From positions 1 to 54,144 of the forward strand of contig NZ_JAHEBC010000001.1 in the NCBI RefSeq assembly GCF_024642405.1: a DNA stretch of 54,144 nucleotides. Reading direction: 5' to 3'. Of the stretch, positions 9,194 to 18,991 are shown piece after piece. The notes under the pieces are model-generated. The model worked only from the letters and a program-made list of their open reading frames with translations, was not told the DNA's origin and did no database searches. Position 1 is the stretch's first letter. The number at the start of each line of letters is the position of its first letter. Made by a program: the position numbers and the translations under genes. Source of the stretch: Algoriphagus sp. (GTDB lineage Bacteria > Bacteroidota > Bacteroidia > Cytophagales > Cyclobacteriaceae).

Positions 9194-12100
9194 CTAATTT
9201 ATTTTAATGAATTCAGAATGTTTAGGATCACCCATATTCTGCTTTGTATAAAATCCGGAATTATTAAACAATCCTGGTTTTAATTCCCAATCATTTAAAT
9301 CCATTTTCAAAACTCCAATTGGATAGGGGCTATTAATCATGATTGCAGATTTTCCTTGTTTACCTTCTAATACTAATGAATCAGAAACCCCAAACTTATC
9401 CTGAATAATCAGATTGAATCCAACTCCGGAATCTTTCCCATTATTTACAAAATTTCTTGTAGTCACATTATCTAAGATAAATTTGCCATTTCCCTCCAAT
9501 GTTAAATCCGATGCCAAAACTGAATTAGACAGATCAACCGTAGTTCCATTAGAAACCATCACTCGATGGGTAATAAAAATTTCCTGCATTCCAGATTCTT
9601 TTCTTTGAAATCCAAAAACAGCTCCGTTTTTATCCGAAATCACAGGATTTAGTATTACTGGCACCACCGATTTTGGATTTATCAAATGAGGCTTTTCATT
9701 TAACTCAATCTCAGGTTCGAATCTATTATTTATGGTACTATACCAACTTATTCTTCCCCCAGAAATTTTAACTCGTTTACTGGAATCTTTAGTCAATAAT
9801 TGCCTTATTCTTAATCCCTGAGGTCGATAATCTATCCTTTCCGAATAGCAAGGACTTAAATCCTCATTCACAAAAAACACATTTTCAAACCTGGCTTCTG
9901 AACACAGAGAAAAAAGCCCAACAACAATAGAGCCCACAGGGAGCTCATTTTCAATATGAATTGGCTTTATTCTAAGCGGTCCCGCCATTCCATTAAAATC
10001 CTCAATTAACTCGATATCTTGAACCGATCCTGTCTCTGGATGAAAAAGCTTCAATTTATTTGTTGATTTCCAGATTTGAGAACCTAAGTTACCAACAGCT
10101 ATTTCTGAAACTTCACCCTTAAGGGTTTTAGTTGTTTCGGCAAATATGGGTTTAGAGGTACTTCTTATCATTCCATGGATATTAATATTCTCCATGATTA
10201 AGTTCACGTTAAAATCAGTGTATATAAGGTGACCGGGAGCATCATTTCCAAAATTCCAAACTGCAGAGCAATCTTCTCTAAATTTCCCATCTAGCAAAAT
10301 TTCAAGAGAACTGGAATTAACACTAAAGACAATATTTTGTAAACTTTCTCCAATCCCTTTATCTAATTCAATCTCAGTGTAAGTTACATTTCTATCTGCC
10401 CTTTTCATTCTAAGTGGAGGCATAGGATATTGGTTAGAAAACGACTCCCACGATTTCCATTTTCTTGATGTTTTGATAACATTGAAAATCTCACCATTAT
10501 AAGAAAGCTTATCTCCCTCTTGAAGAGACCATCCCCACACCTCAAAAATATGATCTGAAACTTTTCCGATTAACCCATTATCCTTAATACTTTCCAGGTT
10601 TTGGCGGATAACATCCCCTGTTCTCGGAATTCTATCAAAAATATTTACAGTCTTGCCTGAAAAATCCCTCCCTTTAAGGTCCTCATCACCATAAACCAAC
10701 CAAAAATCTCCATTAGTATTTAATCCAATCCTCTTACCTCCTATTTCCAAATGTGACGCCTCATATCCTGTACTAGTTCCTCCAGTCCACTCTTGAGAAG
10801 CCAAATGATACCAGGTAAAATTTGGGTCATCAACTTCTATCTGATTAGAAGAATTGAACTTCATTTTCAGGTTATCAAACCGATATGCTTTTAAAGATTC
10901 AAGTTCTATAAAATTACCTCTTTGCTCTTTTGACTTTCCAATCCATTCTACCCTTAATCCTCCGCTTGTACGAGCTTTCATATTATTTGGATCTTTGGAA
11001 TACCAATCACCCTCAAATCTATAGGTACAGAACTCAATAATATCGACCCCATCATGGATGCCTCCTCCATTACAATACCCTTGGTTTGGCATGGAAAAAG
11101 TAACTCCCTCTCGAATGAAACCAAGCTCAGTGGCCATCTGGTCTCGAATCATAAATTGATGATAATTTCTAACTCTTTTTAATCCATACTGGCTACTTAA
11201 TGGCGATGGATCATAAAAGAACAATCCTGTAAAGGATCCATATTGAACTACTTTTTGGGAATAAGTCGGAGGAATAAATTGCCAATCAAAATCTATTTCG
11301 ACTTTACCTTGATCAGGAAGTTTAAAAAAGCTTCCATTATCTCCAAAAGTCTCCTTAAAACTAGCTGACGAATCATCACCTTTACCATGTTTATCTCCCG
11401 TAAAAGCATCTGACATCATCAAATGAATCGCTGGAGGCAATCCTTGTCCCTCCATTACAAATTTTATTGAGGAATTACTTTCAACATTTATTAAAGGCAT
11501 CCCCAAGGTGGCGTATATCTGACCAGATCTGGCTTTTAAAGAAACCCGTTTTTTAGATGATTTTGACCAAGATTCTATAGCAAACTTATTATCAAAAAAG
11601 AAAATCCCATCTTGATTTTTTATGGCTTTAGAAGAGATAACATCTCCGCCATTATAGGGAAAGTCAACAATCAAGTTCTTCCCGTCTACTACTTCCAATA
11701 CTCTTGAATAGACAACAGCTAATGCTCCGGGAAAATAATTTCTTCCGGTTTCCGGATACTCAGAACTACATTTATGAATTCGAGACGGTTCTAACCATTT
11801 ACCCACAAAAGTTGAATCAAACACCTCATTTTCTCCTTCGAAAGACACTTTAGCTTTTTCTTCATCAATCTTTTCATAGGTTAATGACCCCCAAAAGGTC
11901 TTATAAAAAGATTCGCCTCCAAATTCCTCCAATGATGCATATCCTTCCCCGATTTCCTCAGTCGGAATACTCAAAGACTGGACTTCTGGCGTTGAACTTT
12001 CTTGATCAATTGTATTTCCTATTAATAAACCTGAGCTAGACGCAACAAAGTCCTCTAAAACCTGTTTGCCAACTTCCTTATTCTCGACCTCTACTTTCCC

Positions 12101-12262
12101 ACCAAGAATCTTGTCTTTAAATTCCTGATCATTTACCTGAATAGAATCAAATTCAATAGGGATCCCATCTTCTGATAAAGCTTGGATAGATTCAACAATT
12201 AAAGATGAGCCATCTTCGGTTCGAATCTTAATGACCAGTTTATTTTTCTTTTTTTGATTCAT
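9194..12262 (-). CDS. Large hypothetical protein (1022 aa), possibly beta-helix/tailspike-like
   Basis: Long uninterrupted ORF without signal peptide; degenerate pectate-lyase-3-like cap and beta-rich C-terminus (function is inference). Confidence 0.8.
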   Translation of the reverse strand: MNQKKKNKLVIKIRTEDGSSLIVESIQALSEDGIPIEFDSIQVNDQEFKDKILGGKVEVENKEVGKQVLEDFVASSSGLLIGNTIDQESSTPEVQSLSIPTEEIGEGYASLEEFGGESFYKTFWGSLTYEKIDEEKAKVSFEGENEVFDSTFVGKWLEPSRIHKCSSEYPETGRNYFPGALAVVYSRVLEVVDGKNLIVDFPYNGGDVISSKAIKNQDGIFFFDNKFAIESWSKSSKKRVSLKARSGQIYATLGMPLINVESNSSIKFVMEGQGLPPAIHLMMSDAFTGDKHGKGDDSSASFKETFGDNGSFFKLPDQGKVEIDFDWQFIPPTYSQKVVQYGSFTGLFFYDPSPLSSQYGLKRVRNYHQFMIRDQMATELGFIREGVTFSMPNQGYCNGGGIHDGVDIIEFCTYRFEGDWYSKDPNNMKARTSGGLRVEWIGKSKEQRGNFIELESLKAYRFDNLKMKFNSSNQIEVDDPNFTWYHLASQEWTGGTSTGYEASHLEIGGKRIGLNTNGDFWLVYGDEDLKGRDFSGKTVNIFDRIPRTGDVIRQNLESIKDNGLIGKVSDHIFEVWGWSLQEGDKLSYNGEIFNVIKTSRKWKSWESFSNQYPMPPLRMKRADRNVTYTEIELDKGIGESLQNIVFSVNSSSLEILLDGKFREDCSAVWNFGNDAPGHLIYTDFNVNLIMENINIHGMIRSTSKPIFAETTKTLKGEVSEIAVGNLGSQIWKSTNKLKLFHPETGSVQDIELIEDFNGMAGPLRIKPIHIENELPVGSIVVGLFSLCSEARFENVFFVNEDLSPCYSERIDYRPQGLRIRQLLTKDSSKRVKISGGRISWYSTINNRFEPEIELNEKPHLINPKSVVPVILNPVISDKNGAVFGFQRKESGMQEIFITHRVMVSNGTTVDLSNSVLASDLTLEGNGKFILDNVTTRNFVNNGKDSGVGFNLIIQDKFGVSDSLVLEGKQGKSAIMINSPYPIGVLKMDLNDWELKPGLFNNSGFYTKQNMGDPKHSEFIKIN

Positions 12263-12416
12263 AAAAAATGTATTTAGGTTGAAAAGGAGAAGTACTTAAA
12301 GTTACAAAATAGAAAAATGTAAAAACTGATTTAACACTTAGTTTCCATAAGGAATTCATAATAAACTTATATTTTGAATGAATTCTAATTGTTTTAGCCT
12401 TCCCATCAAATTTTGC

Positions 12417-12424
12417 TATTTTTG
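12417..12424 (+). promoter_or_regulatory. -7 promoter element of prs-rplY
   Basis: TATTTTTG 43 nt upstream of the prs ATG. Confidence 0.55.
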
Positions 12425-12467
12425 TCTTTGAACTCTATTTCATTCTTCTCCGAATAAACCACCAAAT

Positions 12468-13394
12468 ATGTCCGAAGTCAAAATCTTCTCAGGCGGAAAC
12501 AGTATTGTTTTAGCAGAAAAAATCTCAAAAAACTACGGTAAAAAACTTGGCGAGCTTACCATATCAAAATTTAGTGATGGTGAAATGTCTCCTAGTTTTG
12601 ACGAGTCTATCCGTGGCTGCACCGTTTTTCTGATTCAAAGTACCAATCCACCTAGTGACAATATTTTGGAATTATGTCTGATGATTGATGCAGCAAAGCG
12701 AGCTAGTGCTTATAAAGTTTGTGCAGTCATTCCATATTTTGGATATGCAAGACAAGATAGGAAAGACAGACCTAGAGTATCTATTGCTGCAAAAGCAATT
12801 GCAAACATGATTACATCAGCTGGAGCAGATAGAATCATGACCTGCGACTTACATGCGGGACAAATTCAAGGTTTTTTTGATATACCTTTGGATCACTTAA
12901 ATGGATCAGCTATCTTTGTGCCCTATTTGAGTATGCTCAATCTGGATAACATGATTTTCGCGTCACCAGACGTGGGGGGAGTTGCTAGAGCGAGGGCTTA
13001 TGCCAAGCATTTTGAAGTAGAAATGGTAGTCTGTGATAAGCACAGAAAAAGAGCTAATGAGATTGCATCTATGCAGGTCATTGGTGATGTGGAAGGAAAA
13101 GATGTAATTCTGATTGATGATTTGGTGGATACAGCCGGAACTTTATGTAAGGCAGCTGAAATCATCATGGAAAAAGGAGCTACCTCAGTAAGAGCGATCG
13201 TAACACACGGTGTTCTTTCTGGAAATGCTTATGAAAATATTGAAAATTCAGTTTTAAAGGAATTAGTAATCACCGACACAATTCCTTTGAAACAAAAATC
13301 TTCAAAAATTAAAGTATTGACAGTAGCAGATCTTTTTGCCAAAGCAATTCATGCGGTAACAGGTCACACTTCTATCAGTTCTTTATTTATTTAA
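12468..13394 (+). CDS. prs: Ribose-phosphate pyrophosphokinase
   Basis: FSDGE, PYFGYARQDRK, DLHAGQIQGFF, DDLVDTAGTL. Confidence 0.98.
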   Translation: MSEVKIFSGGNSIVLAEKISKNYGKKLGELTISKFSDGEMSPSFDESIRGCTVFLIQSTNPPSDNILELCLMIDAAKRASAYKVCAVIPYFGYARQDRKDRPRVSIAAKAIANMITSAGADRIMTCDLHAGQIQGFFDIPLDHLNGSAIFVPYLSMLNLDNMIFASPDVGGVARARAYAKHFEVEMVVCDKHRKRANEIASMQVIGDVEGKDVILIDDLVDTAGTLCKAAEIIMEKGATSVRAIVTHGVLSGNAYENIENSVLKELVITDTIPLKQKSSKIKVLTVADLFAKAIHAVTGHTSISSLFI

Positions 13395-13421
13395 GAACCA
13401 ATTTTATTAAATATATATCTT

Positions 13422-14003
13422 ATGAAAACACTTGAGATTATAGGGTTTAAAAGAGCAAATCTCGACAGTGCCTCTCTAAATGAAATCAGAGAATCAGGCA
13501 ATGTACCCTGTGTGGTTTATGGACCAGGTATTCCTGAGCAAATCCACTTCTATTCTCCGATCATTTTGTTCAGAGAATTAATTTACACTCCAGAAGTACA
13601 TTTGGTTGAATTGAACATTGAAGGAACAATCGTGAAGGCTGTTTTAAAAGAAGCTCAATTCCACCCAGTAAGTGAAATGCTACTTCACGCTGATTTCATG
13701 GCTTACACTGAAGATAAGCCAATCAAATTTGAAATCCCTGTAAAAGTTTCCGGAAGCTCTCCAGGTATTGCCAAAGGTGGTAAACTTGAATTCAAAACTA
13801 GAAAACTGAAAGTGAAAGGATTAGCTTCTCAGCTTCCAGATTTCATTGAAGCCAATATTTCTACCCTTGATTTAGGTAAATCTTTCAAGGTTTCGGAATT
13901 AAAAGCCGAAGGATTTGAGATCTTAACAAGTCCAAACGTTTCTTTGGTAACTATCGGTATCCCAAGAGCGCTTAGAGGAAAAAAGACTGATGATGAAGTT
14001 TAA
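13422..14003 (+). CDS. rplY: 50S ribosomal protein L25/Ctc
   Basis: R..G.VPCVVYG, Q.HPV....LH.DF, G...GG; conserved prs-rplY-pth order. Confidence 0.95.
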   Translation: MKTLEIIGFKRANLDSASLNEIRESGNVPCVVYGPGIPEQIHFYSPIILFRELIYTPEVHLVELNIEGTIVKAVLKEAQFHPVSEMLLHADFMAYTEDKPIKFEIPVKVSGSSPGIAKGGKLEFKTRKLKVKGLASQLPDFIEANISTLDLGKSFKVSELKAEGFEILTSPNVSLVTIGIPRALRGKKTDDEV

Positions 14004-14022
14004 GCTCCAATAAATCAAAATG

Positions 14023-14057
14023 AAAATCCTGTTCTTTAAACTGAGCAGGATTTTTTT
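14023..14057 (+). terminator. Terminator after rplY
   Basis: AAAATCCTGTTC-N8-GAGCAGGATTTTTTT. Confidence 0.75.
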
Positions 14058-14084
14058 ATTTTTACCCATTAGAAAAAACCCTAT

Positions 14085-14645
14085 ATGAAATATCTCATCG
14101 TTGGCTTGGGAAATATCGGGCCTGAATACGAACTGACAAGGCACAATATTGGCTTTTTGACAATTGATAGATTAGCTGAAAAAGAATCACTTTCTTGGAG
14201 AAGTGATCGTTTGGCATTTAAAACAGAGTTTAAATTTAAAAGTCGAGCTATTCATTTAATAAAACCTACTACTTACATGAATTTAAGTGGGAAGGCAATG
14301 AATTTCTGGATGAAAGAGCTAGACATCCCAAAAGAAAACATATTGGTTTTAGTAGACGATGTGGCTATTCCATTTGGGAGCTTGAGAATGAAATCTAAAG
14401 GAAGTGCCGCTGGACATAATGGACTCAAAAATATAGAAGCTCTTACCGGTGGCCAAAATTATCCGAGATTACGTATAGGTATTGGAGATGATTTTCCGAA
14501 AGGGAGACAAGTAGACTTTGTATTGGGACGATTCACTCAAGATGAATTTGCAGAGTTACCACTGATTATGGACAAAGCAATTGAAATGATTTTAGCTTTT
14601 TGTACCATTGGTATTGAACGAACAATGAATCAATTTAATAATTGA
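14085..14645 (+). CDS. pth: Peptidyl-tRNA hydrolase
   Basis: LIVGLGN.G.EY..TRHNIGF, KPTTYMNLSG, GHNGLK. Confidence 0.98.
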   Translation: MKYLIVGLGNIGPEYELTRHNIGFLTIDRLAEKESLSWRSDRLAFKTEFKFKSRAIHLIKPTTYMNLSGKAMNFWMKELDIPKENILVLVDDVAIPFGSLRMKSKGSAAGHNGLKNIEALTGGQNYPRLRIGIGDDFPKGRQVDFVLGRFTQDEFAELPLIMDKAIEMILAFCTIGIERTMNQFNN

Positions 14646-14654
14646 AGGGATTGA

Positions 14655-14686
14655 TTTGGAAATCCACTTGACAGAGGTTTACTTTG
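14655..14686 (+). promoter_or_regulatory. Probable -33/-7 promoter for the riboswitch-metZ transcript
   Basis: TTTG (14655-58), 20-nt spacer, TTACTTTG (14679-86; one mismatch to TAnnTTTG). Confidence 0.55.
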
Positions 14687-14703
14687 CAGCACTTCAGGCA
14701 ACT

Positions 14704-14807
14704 GATTTATAAAGAAGAGGCGAGAGAATAGGCTCATTGACCCTCTGGCAACCATCCCGAATCTCGGGAAAGGTGCCAAGTCCTACCCTTAGCGGGAACT
14801 ATAAATT
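14704..14807 (+). ncRNA. SAM-I clan (S-box) riboswitch aptamer
   Basis: P1 ATTTATA/TATAAAT, AGA..GG.GAG, GGCAACC...hairpin...AAGGTGCCAA.TCC core; lies upstream of a methionine biosynthesis gene. Confidence 0.88.
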
Positions 14808-14848
14808 GGCTTTATTCCTTAAAAACCCCATTTTAGTTCGATTTGACC

Positions 14849-14885
14849 GCTTTTGGTTTGATTTTCTCAAACTCAAGAGCCTTTT
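14849..14885 (+). terminator. Riboswitch expression-platform terminator
   Basis: GCTTTTGGTTTGA-ttttc-TCAAACTCAAGAGC (bulged hairpin) followed by CTTTT. Confidence 0.6.
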
Positions 14886-14913
14886 ATATTATTATTAATT
14901 CAGGCAATACGCT

Positions 14914-16086
14914 ATGAGCAAGCACTTCGAAACTAATTCTATTCGGATCAATTCTTCAAAATCCAATCAAAAAGAGCATTCCTCTCCAATTTATCTTACT
15001 TCTAGTTTCACTTTTGATTCGGCAGAAGAAGCAAGAGCAATGTTTGCCGATGAAATCCAAGGGAATATTTATTCAAGATATGCAAATCCAAACTCAAGTG
15101 AATTAATCGAAAAAATCTGTGCTGCAGAAGGTACCGAAACCGGAATAGCTACAGCTTCTGGAATGGCAGCAATGTTTGGAAGTATAGCTTCTCTATTACA
15201 GCAAGGTGATCATGTTCTGGCATCAAGATCCCTGTTCGGGTCTACTCATCAACTTTTAACCCGAGTATTTCCCAAATGGGGAATTACATCAACGTACGGA
15301 GATATTTCAGACATAGCTAATTGGGAAAAACTTTTGCAGCCAAATACTAAAATGTTGTTTATTGAAACTCCCTCCAACCCAGGACTGGAAATCATAGATC
15401 TGGAATGGGCTGGAAATTTCGCTAAAGCTAATAATCTGATTCTTGTAGTAGATAACTGTTTTGCTACACCTTATTTACAACAACCTGCAAAATGGGGAGC
15501 CCATATCGTTACGCATAGTGCGACAAAGTATATAGATGGGCAAGGAAGGGTACTTGGAGGATTAATCTTAGGTACAGAAGAATTAATGAAAGAAGTCCAG
15601 TTTTTTACAAGACACACTGGCCCTGCTATTTCTCCTTTTAATGCATGGATACTATCAAAAAGTATGGAAACCTTAGGAGTAAGAATGGATAGGCATTGCG
15701 ATAATGCTTTGAAAGTAGCTACTTATTTTGAGGAAAGCCCTGAGATAGTAAATGTTAAATACCCATTCTTAAATTCTCATCCGCAATTTCATCTTGCCAA
15801 AAAGCAAATGAAACATGGAGGAGGAATAATTACTTTAACTTTAAAAGGAGGCGTACAGAGAGCGAAAAAATTCATTGATCATTTACAAATGATTTCTGTG
15901 ACAGCTAACCTTGGAGATAGTAGAAGCATTATCACTCACCCTGCTTCCACGACACATAGCAAATTATCTGGTGAAGAACGTTTAAGAGTTGGAATAAGCG
16001 ACGGATTAGTTCGTCTCTCTGTTGGACTAGAACATGTCGATGACATCATCGAAGATGTAGAGAGAGCACTTCAATTATCAAAGTAA
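14914..16086 (+). CDS. metZ: O-succinyl/acetylhomoserine sulfhydrylase (PLP trans-sulfuration family)
   Basis: YSRYANP, ASGMAA, ETPSNP, VDNCFATP, HSATKYIDGQGR (MetZ-type), RLSVGLE. Confidence 0.85.
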   Translation: MSKHFETNSIRINSSKSNQKEHSSPIYLTSSFTFDSAEEARAMFADEIQGNIYSRYANPNSSELIEKICAAEGTETGIATASGMAAMFGSIASLLQQGDHVLASRSLFGSTHQLLTRVFPKWGITSTYGDISDIANWEKLLQPNTKMLFIETPSNPGLEIIDLEWAGNFAKANNLILVVDNCFATPYLQQPAKWGAHIVTHSATKYIDGQGRVLGGLILGTEELMKEVQFFTRHTGPAISPFNAWILSKSMETLGVRMDRHCDNALKVATYFEESPEIVNVKYPFLNSHPQFHLAKKQMKHGGGIITLTLKGGVQRAKKFIDHLQMISVTANLGDSRSIITHPASTTHSKLSGEERLRVGISDGLVRLSVGLEHVDDIIEDVERALQLSK

Positions 16087-16115
16087 AAAAGGTCCCTTAG
16101 GGGACCTATATTTTT
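16085..16115. terminator. Bidirectional terminator
   Basis: AAAAAAGGTCCC-ttag-GGGACCT between convergent genes. Confidence 0.75.
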
Positions 16116-16575
16116 ACCAAGTGGTCTGTTGAAGTTTTGGAAATGCTCTGATAATATCACTCAAACTAATTTGCCCAATCAATCTACCATCCTTTAATAC
16201 TGGAAATCTTCTGATTTTCAGTTCTAAAAATTTCTGAGCCGCATCAAATAAGGATAGTTCCTGCCCCAAAGTGATTACCTCTGTACTCATATGCTCTTTG
16301 ACTTTACCAGGAAATTTTGGTGTATTCGTATATTTTCCTTTAATGATTTCTTTTAAACAATCAACTTCAGAAATGATTCCCACCAATGTACCTGACTCAT
16401 CCAACACAGGAGCACCGGATATTTTCCTTTTTGTTAAAACCTCCAAAACCATATCAATTGTATCTTCTGGATTAAATGTAACCAGATTCGTACTCATATG
16501 ATCTTTAACTAAAATTTGGGATGCAGGAGATTTTTTGGGCTCCACCATTCTAACTCCTTGGAAACTCTTAACCAT
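16114..16575 (-). CDS. CBS domain pair protein
   Basis: Two repeats V..HM....T / ISGAPV...G.LVGIIS..D and IRRFPV...G.LIGQIS..D. Confidence 0.92.
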   Translation of the reverse strand: MVKSFQGVRMVEPKKSPASQILVKDHMSTNLVTFNPEDTIDMVLEVLTKRKISGAPVLDESGTLVGIISEVDCLKEIIKGKYTNTPKFPGKVKEHMSTEVITLGQELSLFDAAQKFLELKIRRFPVLKDGRLIGQISLSDIIRAFPKLQQTTW

Positions 16576-16696
16576 AGATAAAATAATTTAAAGGTGAAAG
16601 AATAATTTACCGAAAAAATACCATCTATAAAAACAGAAGTCGATAAATTAAAATAATTCAGAAGTAAATACCGCTAAACTTATATTAAGTAAAATA

Positions 16697-18247
16697 TTAT
16701 TTCTTTTCATTTTTAAAGATTAAGATTGGAGACCATGGTTTCGTTGGTTTTGAGTATAAATCATCAAATTCAAATGATCATATTACCACATCCATATCCC
16801 CATCGAGATCTAAATCACCTTTTGTCATGATTAACCAATGAGACTCAGTGTTAGTGTTAAAAGGTGAATAAGGATCAAACTCTAGAATATTTGTTTGCTC
16901 AAAATAGAGTAAACTTTGTGTAGGTTTTTGTTCTACATCTGGGAAGAATGATAAAACGAATAAATCCTTATCACCATCTTGATCAAAATCTTCAATTTCC
17001 AATCCACTTGAACCATACATTGGATAAAACCAAAATTGCTCAAATTCTAAATCTCCCTGATTTCTAAAAATTCTGACTCCATGAAAATCCTTAAGGATCT
17101 GGGATAAATCAGCATTATCTCCATTCACTAGTACCAAATCTTTTAAACCATCTCCATCCATATCCTCAAAAGAGAAATCACTAGAACCAAAAGCTGGCTG
17201 AAATCTTAATACCGTCTTTTCTTCGAAAACTCCATCCCCTTGATTCAAGAAAGCAAAAAAACCTTCATTCGCTTGAGTCATCAAAGCCAGTATATCCAAA
17301 TCACCATCTGAGTCTAAATCCTCAATTACTACCTTTCTTGCTCCAGGAGCATTTTTTAAAATGATTTTATTCCAATTTTGGTTTGCTGAGAGGTAAAGAC
17401 TTAAGTCCCCAATATGGTTACCGAATTCACTGATAACTTTATCTAAAACACCATCATTATTGAAATCTGCGTATTCAATGTCCACAGGTCTTTTCAAAAC
17501 CCCAATATTAGATGTGGAATTCCACTTATTTTCTGATTCTTTAAATTGATGAACAGAGCCTAACGAATCATTTGAAGGATCCATAAGCCCCATGGTCAAT
17601 AGTTCAAAGTCATTGGTCGTATTTCCCCACCTTATGTCAATAGGGGCTGTTTCAGTTCCTATTGAGTCTTTTATTTGAAAACCTGCTTTAGAGTTTAATA
17701 TAAACAATGATTTGTATCTATGACCAAGCCATAAATCACCAGTATTTGGATGAATGCGAAGCATTGTTACTAAATCCGGATACATTTCGGAAAAGGTTGG
17801 TTTTATTAACTCAAATCCTGGAATTCCCAACTTAATTGCTTTTTTCTCTTTTTGTGGATTTGGCAATAAAGGAGAGTTTTCTAAATAATATTCCACTATT
17901 TTATCCCAATCTTTTTTCTTAATTAATGGAAAATCGGAATAAATCCCTTTTGGGATATCCATATCCACCGGCATAGTAGTTCCAAAATCTTCATCCAAGA
18001 AAAGTCCTAACCTTTTTCGCATATCGGGAAGAACTTTTTCTCCCCAGGTTTTTTGATCCAAAATATCAGGATCTGGTTTTAAATGACAAGTCGCACAATA
18101 AGCATTCGCCAACTGTTCACCATTAAGTTTCAGATCAGTTGAAGCCAACTGATTTAAAGAGGGAGGAGGTTGCTTCCTCTCAGAAATTGGGCCGCAAGAA
18201 ACAAAGCCAAAAAATAAAATGAGTATTAAAAACCGAAATAAAATCAT
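16697..18247 (-). CDS. Lipoprotein with c-type heme motif and FG-GAP/VCBS repeats; interrupted by in-frame TGA at 16778-16780 (ORF track ends there)
   Basis: Lipobox FVSC, YCATCH, repeated D-x-D-x-D-G-x-x-D; the frame continues past TGA as SFEFDDLYSKPTKPWSPILIFKNEKK to TAA at 16697. Confidence 0.8.
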
Positions 18248-18990
18248 AGAGATTCAATAGCTTCAAGAAACTGAGATACCATATCTTGATCTACGCGAAG
18301 ATGCTTTTTAAAAGATTCTGGGTCATCTGAAAATGAAACATCTGGATTTACAAAGTTGTTTTTATTTGATTTCCACCTTTTACATGAAGCGTGAACATCT
18401 TTTAAAAATCCTTCATTTGCCAAAATCGAAACATGCTCAGGCTGAGTTCCACCTCCAGGCATAATTGAAATTCTATCTTTTGAAATCTGAATCAAATTCT
18501 TCAATAATTCCATACCTTCTGTTACGGTATTCTTTCCTCCTGAAGTGAGAATTCTCTCAAAGCCTAGAGCAATTATTTTTTCAAGTGCATCAAAATGGTT
18601 TGAAGCAGCATCAAAGGCCCGATGAAAAGTACAAGGTTTTCCAGAGGCAGTCCGCATTAGGGTTTCACAGGCCGAAATATTGACATTTCCATCATAGTCT
18701 AATATTCCGAAAACAAAACCATCAGCTCCCAATTCGCCTAGCAATTCAATATCCCTTTTCATCACCATCAGTTCTTTTTGAGAATAGGCAAAATCCCCTC
18801 CTCTAGGCCGAATCATTGTGAAAATCGGGATATCTACCTCAGATTTAAGAAACTTCAACATGCCTGCACTTGGTGTTTCTCCTCCTTCAGGGAAATTTGA
18901 ACATAACTCTAATCTATTCACACCATATTCCGCTGCTTCTAATGCAGCCTCGACACTGAAAACAGGAGATTCCAGAACAATCTTATTCAT
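18244..18990 (-). CDS. cutC: CutC family TIM-barrel protein
   Basis: RLELCS....GGETPS, MIRPRGGDF.Y, TFHRAFD, RILTSGG. Confidence 0.95.
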   Translation of the reverse strand: MNKIVLESPVFSVEAALEAAEYGVNRLELCSNFPEGGETPSAGMLKFLKSEVDIPIFTMIRPRGGDFAYSQKELMVMKRDIELLGELGADGFVFGILDYDGNVNISACETLMRTASGKPCTFHRAFDAASNHFDALEKIIALGFERILTSGGKNTVTEGMELLKNLIQISKDRISIMPGGGTQPEHVSILANEGFLKDVHASCKRWKSNKNNFVNPDVSFSDDPESFKKHLRVDQDMVSQFLEAIESL

Positions 18991-18991
18991 T

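Noticed and set aside
16778-16780. TGA as selenocysteine or an alternative genetic code
   Set aside because: The expected residue is Gly rather than Cys, I saw no SECIS-like hairpin, and TGA is a normal stop elsewhere (rpsF, pth, pdhB).
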